Below, one piece after another: positions 51,570 through 62,243 of a stretch of DNA of 64,000 nt. The stretch is taken from contig FLMG01003138.1 of assembly GCA_900088475.1 (NCBI GenBank), positions 1-64,000 of the forward strand, written 5' to 3'. Source of the stretch: Hyphochytrium catenoides. Its lineage: Eukaryota; Protista; Hyphochytriomycota. Each line of letters starts with the position of its first letter. The first letter of the stretch is position 1. Below the pieces are notes generated by a model. It was not told the origin of the DNA, did no database searches, and saw only the letters and a list, made by a program, of their open reading frames with translations. A program made the translations under genes and the position numbers.

Positions 51570-53599
51570 AGTTCGTGGCACGTCTTGGGGATGGTAAACC
51601 TACTTCTTAATCCACTTCGTTGCTCCAGGAGTAAGTAGGCCTCAGTGCCGCGCTAGCTGACCAATCTATAGAGTGATAGCTCCGCAATAAGCAGGCGAGA
51701 ACTCCCTGCCCAAGTTGGCAAGTAACAGACCAAGCAAAAACGAGCTACAAGGGAGGAGTTGGATTAGTCCACCGATGATGCTTCTTCTTGACCAGGCGAT
51801 GCGGGAAGCTGTACAGTGCTTATAGGTGTCCACAAGTACGACGCTGAGGCGCGGGAAAGGAGAGACAAGAGGGTAAAACACTGCAGAAGGAGGAGCCTCA
51901 AGCTTCACAATTCACAAGCCCTCAAGACATCTGATGACAGAGGAACAAACACCAGCGCGCCGCCAGATGGCCGTTACCGGCATCTGAGAGGCTCAGAATA
52001 GGTTGTGTCAGGAACAGTTAGCTCTTTGGAGTGGTGTGTTTGGATGAGAGAGCAATTTACCAAGACAGAGCGAGCCAAAAAAAGGTGCTTTGTATGGTGC
52101 TATAGGATAATGTTGGCAAGTCATCAGAACAAAGAGATAAAGAGGTATGCGTGACAGAGAGGAGTGCCTCTATGAGTTTGACTCCAGCAGATGGAGGCTG
52201 CTTTTGTTGTGCCTTCCCATGGGATATTCCAAATCTAATGGGTTTACATAGGCAGGATCAAGATGAAGGGGCAGCTTATCAGAAATAGACAGGCCTTGAA
52301 GATGTCCTACGCTACAGTAACAGAAGCTGTAATAATAACAGAACCATCACTTCACTATTCTTGCCTCTGTAACATTCTTGCGCGTCAATGACACTGGCCC
52401 TTGTCATCAACAGAGACATTGTCAGCAGCTGTCTGCAGGCCCCGTAGAACTAGTCCTATACTGAGAGGTGGTCGAGATCTAGGAAAGAGATGAAGGAGGT
52501 GATGAGGTCTTTGGAGCTCACAGGAGGCATTTGATGATTGATGAGGGGTTTAGCCCGTGAGGACGAGAGGCATCGATGCGGTGAGGAGATCCTCGTTCCC
52601 TTCTGGATTAAGTCAACGAGATAAGCAGCGATGCAACAGTCAAGCGGCGATGATCTCTGTCTGCATTTTCGATTGGGTTGACTCCCTCATCTGCCTGTCT
52701 TAGGATGTAGGTTAGCGTTGCTGCGGAGAAGAGCTCCTCCTTCCTTCCCTGGAATCAGATCAGCGAGAGAAGTAGCAACGTAAGTTATGGAGTCATGCCG
52801 GCGACAATCTTTCTTACCGTGGGAGAAATGAAGTTGTTGAAGCATGTGAATACTTTTAAAAGCAAGCACAGCCCCGAGGTCTACTGAGGAAACTTGTGCT
52901 ACCCAGGTCATGGCGTCATCAGGGCCCGAACGCTCAACTTGTGTCAAGCATCTGTTTATCGATGGTTGTTCAATAACAGACTCAACTGAAACTATTAAAG
53001 AAGCTCATCCTGAGGCATAGAGCTTTACCACCCGTCATTCATCTAACAGCTCTAGCTACGTCCCTTTTATAAGTCGTCTTGCTTGTTGTCGGTCTTAGAT
53101 GATGCGCTCAGGAGGGAACTCATATGATTTCCAGCCATTCCCCCAAGTACAGGTGAAGCATTGTCCACCATATCTAAACAACTCTGCTAGCAGAGTAATC
53201 AGAGGGCTAGTAGACCTAGCGTTCAGTAACAGAACGACCAGTTTATATAAGGATAGAACCGCAAAGATTCTTGGCACACGCGCGGCAGTAGTTACGTTTC
53301 ACCCAGACCGGCTCATTGACTAGGTAATAATGCTCTTACACCTCCTACCTTCCTATTTGGGACCAAGACGTGGAAGACGAACTTCAAAGATCTAGAGTTA
53401 GCCAAGCATCGCTTTCATCAGTTGTAAGCCAAGCCCTTTTCCGGGTATCTACCTTTCCTCGGCATAGCATCGCTTTTGCAGTTCCCACAGATGAAAAGTG
53501 GGGAGATAGTTTATTAGGGGCTATATAACTGATACAAAAGCATTACCCCGACATCGAGGAGTACCGACACTACAGGAAACACGGCTTGTGTTCGAGGGC

Positions 53600-54661
53600 T
53601 CAGAAGAGAACCAAGGGCATTCGCCAACTCTCTTCTGAGATTGACACAGCTTGTTGATCCTTGTAAGCTGCAGCAGCTGCCATTGCTTCCGGAGTGGAGG
53701 GCGACATATGTCCTCGATAATCAAGAGGACTCTCGTTTAGGGCCTCGGTGGCTGAGATGGTCTTTTTGCTCTCCTCGTCGAAAGAAGACGGGTGAGATAA
53801 TAACGCAAGGTTAGCTGTGAGCAGCCATTCCTTGACTGCTTCCTCAACAGCAGCCTCGAGGCTTGCGACCTTGACTGTACTGATACCTACAGGAGCCTGT
53901 GAACTAGTATTGATGGGTTCAGTCTTCCATCTATCTCCAGCAGCAGGAGCCGACTCCTCGGCACCGTTGAACTCCGTGTGACTGGTATGTTCCAAGGTTG
54001 CTTTGTTCTTAATAGGTGAAATGTTGCTTGTGCCATTTCCTCCTTTAAGATTGCTTGTGGAAGCGGAGTCTAGGTGTGAATCTCTGACAAAGAGCGGCGA
54101 ATTAGCTGCTGGTTCTTGGGATTGACACCCTGCCCTTAGAATTCGGTTCTCTTCCTCGAGCCGCGCAAGGGTTTCTCTGATGGTATCGTGGCTTCTCTGG
54201 AGCTGCTCGATAGTCCTTTTCAGAGTATCCACTTCCTGAAGCCGCCGCCTTCTGGACTTCTCAGCGCTGGCGCGATTTTTCATCTTCCGTACCATTTTCT
54301 TCAGAGCTGGCTTGTCGGAAGTTATCTTGCGTGATACAGTGCTCCTTCTTTCCTCATCTTGCGAGTAGTGTTCATCGGGGGATGACGAAGGTGAAGATGG
54401 CGCGGTTGGAGGTTCCAGGCCGTCAAAGAGGGCCAAGTCATTCCGATACATAGAGGCGAGTAGGATCCTCTTGGCATTCCTCCTTTCTATTGCGGCTCTT
54501 CTTCGTTTCCGTGTTTCTTCTCTGTAGGACTCATAAGCGTTAGAGTTGAGAGCAGCTTTTTCTGCGGCAGGATAGTGACCGGTAGGTGAACTCTGTTGGG
54601 GATTGTTGCTGGTGCTCCAGTTATTGGGTATTCGGGTGCTGGCAAAGGCTGACATCGTCAT
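53600..54661 (-). CDS. bZIP transcription factor (intronless)
   Basis: A 353-aa ORF has the basic region RKMKNRASAEKSRRRR followed by a leucine zipper (LKRTIEQLQRSHDTIRETLARLEEENRILR). Confidence 0.87.
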   Translation of the reverse strand: MTMSAFASTRIPNNWSTSNNPQQSSPTGHYPAAEKAALNSNAYESYREETRKRRRAAIERRNAKRILLASMYRNDLALFDGLEPPTAPSSPSSSPDEHYSQDEERRSTVSRKITSDKPALKKMVRKMKNRASAEKSRRRRLQEVDTLKRTIEQLQRSHDTIRETLARLEEENRILRAGCQSQEPAANSPLFVRDSHLDSASTSNLKGGNGTSNISPIKNKATLEHTSHTEFNGAEESAPAAGDRWKTEPINTSSQAPVGISTVKVASLEAAVEEAVKEWLLTANLALLSHPSSFDEESKKTISATEALNESPLDYRGHMSPSTPEAMAAAAAYKDQQAVSISEESWRMPLVLF

Positions 54662-55990
54662 GTGCGCTGTCTCTCGAATGATATGGTATGTAAGGTTTGA
54701 CTTCGGAGGCGCTGGGAAGATTAAATTTCCGTTGAAATTTGGGTGGCAAAGCAGGCGCTGGTGTTTACGGAGTAACGAGAAAATTCTATTTTGGTGGCAC
54801 GTGATTGTTCAATACCAGGGCCAACCCTTGGAGCTGACAGAGAGCCAGCAATCGTCCATCGCTAGGAGAGGAAGTCCCTGTCAGACCGCTTACCAGACTG
54901 GCCTTCCTTAGCCGCCGAAGCCGTCTTCCGTGTGCGACACTGGGGGCAAGCCAAAGATCGGGAGACGAGAGGGGCGGACAGTCCCAGCGCCAGATTTCCA
55001 GTGGTTGCCCCTCACGCCGAGCTCATTCCGCCGTGAGATGCAGCCTCTCAAATATTGTGGTATCTACCTTACCTTAGAGGTGGATTTGTGACACACTTTT
55101 GAGGGGAATACGGGCCATGGCTCTTTCCTTCACACGTCGGGCTGAAGCTGTCGTGAGGGAGATGTGGCTTGGTCTGATTGGTGGCTGGACTTACCGGGTG
55201 AGGAGGTGCCTCTCTGCCTCTCCGGCCACTAGTAAGTCTTCCGATCCAGTTTATACTGTTAGGGCTACTCATGTCAAGAGGCACAGCACTTCTCTTCGTT
55301 CCACCTTTGCCCTGTTTCCCTCGCTCCATTGCTTCTCTCACTCTCAGTGGCACTTGCGGGCAGAGCGTTGCGTACACGAGGGGCCATTTCTGTCTCGGAT
55401 GGTATGTTGACTGGTTATCACGTTCGGGTGGCCAATGGTCCAGTCACGGTGCTACTACGACGTGGCTGTGTGTGTGGCCCGATCTTGGGGTGACGTGGAT
55501 AAAGTAGGAGTGGTCATAAAGATAGCTACTTGATCTATCATGCTTGCTTCTGGGCACGAACTACTCTTTCCTCCCAAAAATGCGGTGTATCAGAGCTGGG
55601 AAGGAGGATGGAACAAGCTCGCGATGTAGATGCCTTCGGCTGCTACTAGTAGAGTTTATTATCCGCACACCAGCCCACCAAATCCCCCGCGTTGATGTCA
55701 GGTAGTGGCAGGACTGGGCAACCTATCACCAATACTCTGTGGATTGTACTCGGGTCTCCCTTGAACCGATGTACTCTGTCTTTCCATGGATCCATCTCTT
55801 TCAAACGATCTCCTCCTCTCTCAACGCGGGTGTCCTCGTCTCCTGAATCCCTCTTGCGCTTGGGACAATCTCTCCTTGTGCCCCGTCCTGTGGAAAGAGG
55901 AGGAACAAGAGGAATACGAAGTGCAGCCAGAAACTCAAACGAAGTTCTTGGAGAACCATATCCATGCGAATAAGCAGGAGCTTGAGTGGC

Positions 55991-57138
55991 TGAAGGCTAA
56001 GCTTAAATACCTGAAGTAGAATGAGCTTCAAGAAGAGACGAAGGACAGTCGTCTAGGAGGAGATTGATCCAGGCCTTCGGAGGGGGAGGAGGAGGACAGT
56101 GAACGGGGTCACTACCCAGACATTCCACTTCGACGTTTCCCTCTCTTCTATGGCATGGATGGCGACAGAGGTACCCTGACCAGTGTCTTCGCGTACTATC
56201 GAGACTTTGAGCGCAAGGCCAGGACCTATATATACAGAAGTTGGCCATCCTGGAGAATAGAGCTAGAGGTGCAGCAAAAGCTTGCTCCCGACGTACCAGC
56301 TCAACGACGGAAGGAGGTCATATCGGGAAGTGAAGCAAAGCTTAATCCAAGGGTACCTGGATGACGTGATGAGGGACAGGAGGATCTTATAGAGGTCGAA
56401 GAAGAAAGTCTAAAACGAGAGATACGCGAGGCCAGCAGCAAAGTCGCGGAAACGAACTCTGGTTGGGTGGAGCTGGTCTAATCTAAGGCTTCAATCATCC
56501 GGGAGTCCCAGTTCTTGACTCTATTCTGCCCATCACAAGTGCGATACTCTTGTGCGGTCAGGAGTCCTTGCCACAGTAGCTTGGCTGCCTTCCGGTAGTG
56601 CTCTGCTTCCTTCCTAGACGCAGTATGGCACCAGGGCCAGACTACATCTAGGATAATTGAAGCCTTAGGATAGACCAGCTGCACCCAACCAGAGTTCGTT
56701 TCCACGACTTTGTTGTCTGCCTCGTAGGATCCTCCTGTCCCTCGTCACGTCATATCCAGATACCCTTGGATTAAGCTTTGCTTTACTTCGCGATAGGACC
56801 TCCTTCCGCCGTTGAGCTGGTACGTCGGGAGCAAGCTTTTCCTGCACCTCTAGCTCTATTCTCGGGGATGGCCATCCTTCTGTTGCCCAGTGTACGCATA
56901 GATCCTGGCGCCTTGCGCTCAAAGTCTCGAAAGGACGCGAAGACACTGGTCAGGGTACCTCTGTCGCCATCCATGCCGTAGAAGAGAGGGAAAGCGTCGA
57001 AGTGGAATGTCTGGGTAGTGACCCGTCCACTGTCCTCCTCCTCCCTCTCCGCAAGGCCTGAACGATCTCCTCCTAGGCGACCGTCCTTCGTCTCTTCCCG
57101 AAGCTCCTTCTACTTCAGACTTTTAAGCTTAGCCTTCA
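55991..57138. repeat. Long imperfect inverted repeat: arms ~55991-56500 and ~56651-57138, ~150 bp spacer
   Basis: The left arm matches the reverse complement of the right arm over ~500 bp (e.g. ggcatggatggcgacagaggtaccctgaccagtgtcttcgcgt is identical), with scattered substitutions and indels. The ORF track shows the same peptide MDGDRGTLTSVFA on both strands. Confidence 0.95.
56478..57138 (-). pseudogene. Decayed coding-like sequence (frameshifts and in-frame stop) forming the inverted repeat
   Basis: Protein-like fragments lie in shifting frames (FPLFYGMDGDRGTLTSVF, WPSPRIELEVQEKLAPDV, GWVQLVYPKASIILDVVWPW), with an in-frame TAG shared by both arms. Confidence 0.45.
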
Positions 57139-57815
57139 ACCGACCTCCCCTGTTTGCAAGGTAGAACTGTGTGAGAACTCTGTCATTGATGGTCTCCAGA
57201 TTCTCTCGAAATCAGTCTCAGAAGTGTCTGGCAAATCTCTGAATCCATGCTTTGGCGGGTTGGACTTGATGCTTTGTAAGGAATAGTGGTGATGATGCCT
57301 CAACCCGCTAACGGCATGAAACTATAGCCAAGGAAGGTAGAATTGCTGTTTTGCACTCAGTCCGGCTCTTCTTGGTTCACTGTCAATCAACAGTAGAGAT
57401 TCTGATGAAGGTCGGACAGCTTCAGGACCAAAGTCGCTGTCTTCACCACTCCTTTAGTCTGAAAGCCATACAACTCTCTATTGAAATGAAGCGCAAACCT
57501 GCCAGGTTGATTGATGACGAGCTTTCCTGCTTTCTTGGCTCAGATAATGTCTCCCGCATTGAGCACTGTGTGATTCGCCTGCCCCCATGGCCAGGCTGAG
57601 GTTTCATCTTGATAAAGCGCTGCTTTGCAGTAGTTCTACAGAAGCAACAATTGCTTTTGCTGTTCACGAGACATTCGTCTGCATTTCGTTTAGCAGATCT
57701 TGCTCACCAGCTTCTCACTGCCCAGTAGCGCTCTCTTCCATAAGTCAAACTACTTCACCCGGCAGCTGCAGGTTGTCACTAAGTATTAGACATCATGTTG
57801 CGGCTCCACTCTGAT

Positions 57816-59126
57816 ATGCGATGCAGTCTGTTTCTGCTGGTGGCGGTAATCCTGGTGGTCCCCTACCATGTGATGGCAGCCAACGATGTATCTGTGCTTT
57901 GTGCTAGCAAGACGATCCTCACGACAAACTGCACCGTACAAGGCCGAAAGGCATGTCTCCGACAACCAGCTTACGATGGAAACGGGTGCATGGAAATCGC
58001 CGTGAGTGTCCCTCTGGGTGAAATGCTGTAAGTAGAAAGGACTATGGACTCATTGGTCACCTTTCAAGCCTCGCCGCCTAAGCTACCCCCGGCCACCTCC
58101 GAGCTAATCATTCTTCTCTTTGGTCTCAGAATGGTTGGCAAGGGCAACATCACCCTGATTGACAGCCTCCCAGCAGGACTTTCGCATATGTATGTATCCC
58201 GTTCTCTGCATATCTTCACCTGCAGCTTATGTTTGATTGTGCTGAAAGTGCCTGACGCCGCCCTTCGTTTACACTTCCCATTGCGTTCTGCCTGTAGCGA
58301 TTTAACTGGCAATCCGCTCACATCGATCAGTGGAGTGACGTGGCCCGAGACTCTTCGAGAACTGTGAGTGTAGAGCTTCCTTTGGCAGATCTTCTTCATG
58401 AGATTGACACAAGGCTCATGTGTTGCATACCGCTTGTGCTTTACCCTTAGGAGACTTGCGAGCACCTCATTAACAGATCTTCTCGGGGTCAAGTGGCCTC
58501 CAAACCTTCAGAATCTGTGAGTGTTGGCTACTTCCTTAGGTGCCTGGGGTAAAACTTGACGCTAAGTTTGGAATGTCTCATCACCTCCATATGGCAGTAT
58601 TCTCGACCGAAATGATATCAAAACGATCAACGTCGAAGCCTGGCCTCAGACCTTGATTCAGCTGTAAGTATCTGCTTGCCATCCATAGTCTTGCTAGCGG
58701 TGTATTATCTGACGGCCTAACTTTCCTCCTACTCTCTTGTGTTCCCAGCTCCTTGCAGAACAACACAGGCCTCTCCTGCCTCCCGAAAGCGGTTCATAAT
58801 AGCTCTTCTCTCTCGCTGTTGTAAGTAGCTCCCAAGCCTGCCATGTGTCTCATCCAAATGCCACTTGAGGTGACTGAAGGTACTGTCGCTCTCCAAGGTA
58901 TCTTGGTGGCACAGCAGTATCTTGTGTCCCAAGAAGGTTTGCCGTACCAGGGAACCCTCCTGCTTGTGAAGGCGATGGAACAACGATAAGTTCCGCGTGC
59001 ACTGATCCTCCGCAGTCTGTTAACGACGGGAAAGAAAAGAAGAAGTCGGGAGGTGTAAGAGCCATTCCAGTCCTGCCCCTTAGCATTGGGATCGCTGTGA
59101 TCGCTATGGCGGCGGGCATGTTCTGA
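57816..59126 (+). CDS. Secreted, probably GPI-anchored LRR surface protein; one 22-aa LRR per exon
   Basis: The signal peptide MRCSLFLLVAVILVVPYHVMA is followed by a Cys-rich cap. The repeats are DLTGNPLTSISGVTWPETLREL / RLASTSLTDLLGVKWPPNLQNL / ILDRNDIKTINVEAWPQTLIQL. The C-terminus is ...KSGGVRAIPVLPLSIGIAVIAMAAGMF*. Confidence 0.78.
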
Positions 59127-60512
59127 TAAGGAAACATCATCCAACTGAGAGAGGCAGAAGCTATTTATATCCTCAACAGACGTTTCTTTCTAAAATTTAT
59201 TTACCCAGTGGCCCGAACCCAGCATCTCCCCTTATTAGCTTTGGGACCTTGCTTTGCTAGCTCGTCCCCTGTCAAGCACTGCCCTTGGCTGGCTTTTCCG
59301 TAGCTGCTATTAGCAGCTCTTTATTCTAGCAGTATGATTCGGCTATGTGTTAAGGCTTTAAGGACAGAGAGGTAATGTTGGGATGTGGGTTGCCAATGAG
59401 AGTGAGCAAGGAAGATCACGCCTCGTTGTTAGAGACTAACACTGAATGGGCGTCGTTTAGTTGGTAGTATTGAAGTGCCGGTCTGAGAGGTATGCTACTT
59501 TCAAAAAGAGAGGCAGATTGGAGGTGTAGGAAGGGAAGTGATCTCTGTCCAGAACGATAGCAGCCATAGCTTCTGCTGCTATGATTGAGCGGTCACTTCG
59601 AGTTTGCCCTCTGCACCCGTCCTCTCAGCTGGCGTATATAAAGACGTATATATAAACATAGATATATAGGCCCTCATCATCACTTCTCCTATGTCGTCCG
59701 ATGGAGAAAAGGGCCACACAGGAATGAGTCTATGTGGACTAACCCTAAGGCTCGAGAGTGAGAGGAGCTGCGACCAGCTTGGATGTTACGTCTTTCTCCG
59801 TTCCTTTCTACTCATTGCCACTTCGTGTTGACTAAGCGCCAGATTGAAGTCTACGGCTGAGTCCATAGTGTAAAGGAGCACTTGGGATTTTTGCCAGGGT
59901 GCCATTACTGAAGATTTTCCGTTGCTGTCACCTCCTTAGCTCATGCTGTTCTTCAGCTCTCAGATGCATAAGACGACGTACATTCTTATCCAAGCAACAC
60001 AGAGCCGGGCTCTATGAATGGCGCACCTTCATGACGGAGCGCATTGGCTCTCCCAAGCTCCAATATCAGATGTCTCTTTGCTCAAGCATTGTTGCTTGGA
60101 CCTTGGAGTTGCTTTGGACTCACCCGCAGACCGGCCGTTCGCCTCTGGCAAGTTTTTGAATGTCGTGATGGTGGCGGGAAATGAAGTTTACGAGGTGAAG
60201 GTTTCCATTGAAGTATTGGCTCTAACTGCTTACAAGCTAATGTTTAAGGTTTCCACGCAATGGTTCACTCTGAAAGAAACTTATGCAAGGACCATTCCAG
60301 CGCATCAGAAAGACTGATGATCGACTGATCATGATTCTTGATGATAGGATGCAGCGCGTCAACGAGGCGGCGGCGGTCGCTACCCTGCCAGGCGCACAGG
60401 TGTTCTATCATAGCTGGCAGTGCAGCAGTTTGTGGGCCCAATCTCTAGTGCTGATTGGAGATGCTCGGCGCGCCCAGCCATAGATTCTATTGGGTTCATT
60501 AGCCATTGGGCG

Positions 60513-61271
60513 ATGGAGGAGTGAGTTCACAGGCAACTGGGAGCACATGGAACAATGCTGAAGGTACTCTCCTGCAGCTCTCTCAAAGAGGGTAGAGAGA
60601 TAGGAAATGAAGCCGTCTGGTCTCTCTCGACAGCCAAACCCGGCAATGGGGTGGACCAAATTCGCGATGGTAACGTTTAATCTGCGCTGCTTACAAGGGA
60701 AGTGGAGGAGGATGAGGACCCTGATGGCCCCTCTTGCTTTGCCCTCTCAGACAACTTTGACACTTACTGGCAATCGGACGGCTCCCAGCCCCATCTCATA
60801 AATATTCAATTCCATCGTAAGACAGTCTTGTCTGAGCTCGCCCTCTACTTGGACTACAAGTTGGATGAGAGCTACACCCCCAAAAAGATATCGATCAAGG
60901 CAGGATCAACTTTCCACGATCTGGAAGACATTGGCGCTTTGGAGCTGTCAGAGCCATCTGGATGGGTCTACATCCCACTGGCACTTGAAACCGAGATGGG
61001 AGAAGAGGTACCGGCGTTTCCAAGAAAGCGTTACGTTTCTCTCTCATTCTAATCTTGCTCCGCCACTCCGTCGCCCTGCTGATGATGACAGGCCCCCATC
61101 AAGGCGCGAATGCTTCAGGTGTGCATCATGGCAATGCACCAGAATGGAAGAGACACACATGTCAGACAATGCAAAGTTTTCGCCCCAAGGAAGCCAGATA
61201 TAGGTAACGCCCATATCAGTATGCCTCCTCCCACTAGCCTAGAATTTCAGATGTATGCTACGATCAGATGA
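60513..61271 (+). CDS. APC10: Anaphase-promoting complex subunit 10 (DOC1), 4 exons
   Basis: The sequence reads [25 protein letters not shown] / [20 protein letters not shown]...[11 protein letters not shown] / ...[12 protein letters not shown], with the C-terminal IR tail MYATIR*. Confidence 0.96.
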
Positions 61272-62243
61272 CCAGGGAACTTCAAAAGGCCTTCCTCTCA
61301 TGTCACATAAATAATTTATTAGTGTTACAAGGCACTTGACAAGGTTGATCTTAACATCGCCCTGCCAGTCAGAGCTTAGACACAGTCTATCTGAAGGGTT
61401 TCTGGAGAGGAGGACAGAAAGGCTTTCCATGACAGCTCGTCGTTCACAGTGTGGCACAAGCAGTGGCTTCTCCGACGTTAGGGAGAGAGTTATTAATTGA
61501 TAGGCAGGGGTTCGGGAGCATTTATAATTGGCGCCCCTTCGCCCCAACCTCTCGAGTGCTTTTGACTCGAGGGAGCACTGCAGAGCCTCTGTGAACTCAA
61601 GACCATCCAACAAAACCTCCATCTCCCCTTCTTCTACCCAAGATAAGACATCCCCTAAGCTGAGGTCTGGTTGGACAACATCAAGCGGAGTGATCCTCTG
61701 GCTGGCCCGAAGCTGTTCATTCTCTTGTTCAAGCTCCTGAACACGGTTAGTCAAGTTCTTGTTCGCAGCTGTTAGTTCCTCCACCATACGACGTAAGTCT
61801 TCCAGTTCTTGTCGCTTCCGAAGTCGAGAAAGCGCAGCTGACTCGCGATTCTTGATCAGTCTTTCCTCTTTTCTTTCGGCAGCTAACGTCGGAGACGCTG
61901 ACCTAACTTGTGATCTTGACGACTTTGCAGTCGAATAAATAGTTGGTGTTTTGGGTTCAGGTACCGGCTTCTTGCTGTTTCCCAGGCCCCTGCGCTTGTT
62001 TCTCCTCTGGATGGCCTCGGCTCTTCTTTTTCGAGCGGAATCCTGTTTAGACATGCCGTCGGCAAGGGAGACGAGCACTTCGTCAACCCTTACCGCATCC
62101 GGAAAATCGTCGCCATCTGAGAATACGCTCTCTAGCGAAGTGTAGTCACTAGAGAGACTAGAAACAGGTGATGAGCACTCTGTGATGCTTGGTGAAGCTG
62201 GCACCTTCCATTCTTCACCACTCAACCCAAAGAGGTTGACCAT
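61239..62243 (-). CDS. bZIP transcription factor (intronless ORF; C-terminal extent uncertain)
   Basis: The basic region RKEERLIKNRESAALSRLRKR is followed by the zipper LRRMVEELTAANKNLTNRVQELEQENEQLR. Confidence 0.85.
   Translation of the reverse strand: MVNLFGLSGEEWKVPASPSITECSSPVSSLSSDYTSLESVFSDGDDFPDAVRVDEVLVSLADGMSKQDSARKRRAEAIQRRNKRRGLGNSKKPVPEPKTPTIYSTAKSSRSQVRSASPTLAAERKEERLIKNRESAALSRLRKRQELEDLRRMVEELTAANKNLTNRVQELEQENEQLRASQRITPLDVVQPDLSLGDVLSWVEEGEMEVLLDGLEFTEALQCSLESKALERLGRRGANYKCSRTPAYQLITLSLTSEKPLLVPHCERRAVMESLSVLLSRNPSDRLCLSSDWQGDVKINLVKCLVTLINYLCDMRGRPFEVPWSSDRSIHLKF

Noticed and set aside
55991-57138. Intact DNA transposon/MITE, or an assembly artefact
   Set aside because: No transposase or target-site duplication was seen. 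The arms differ by many substitutions and indels, unlike an artefactual fold-back.
59899-60483. ORF fragments upstream of APC10
   Set aside because: No family similarity recognised and no coherent gene model.
53600-62243. Aureochrome identity, or HAC1/XBP1-type IRE1 splicing, for the bZIP genes
   Set aside because: No LOV motif (NCRFLQ) is present. CNGCNG sequences exist, but no convincing pair of stem-loops at a suitable spacing was found.
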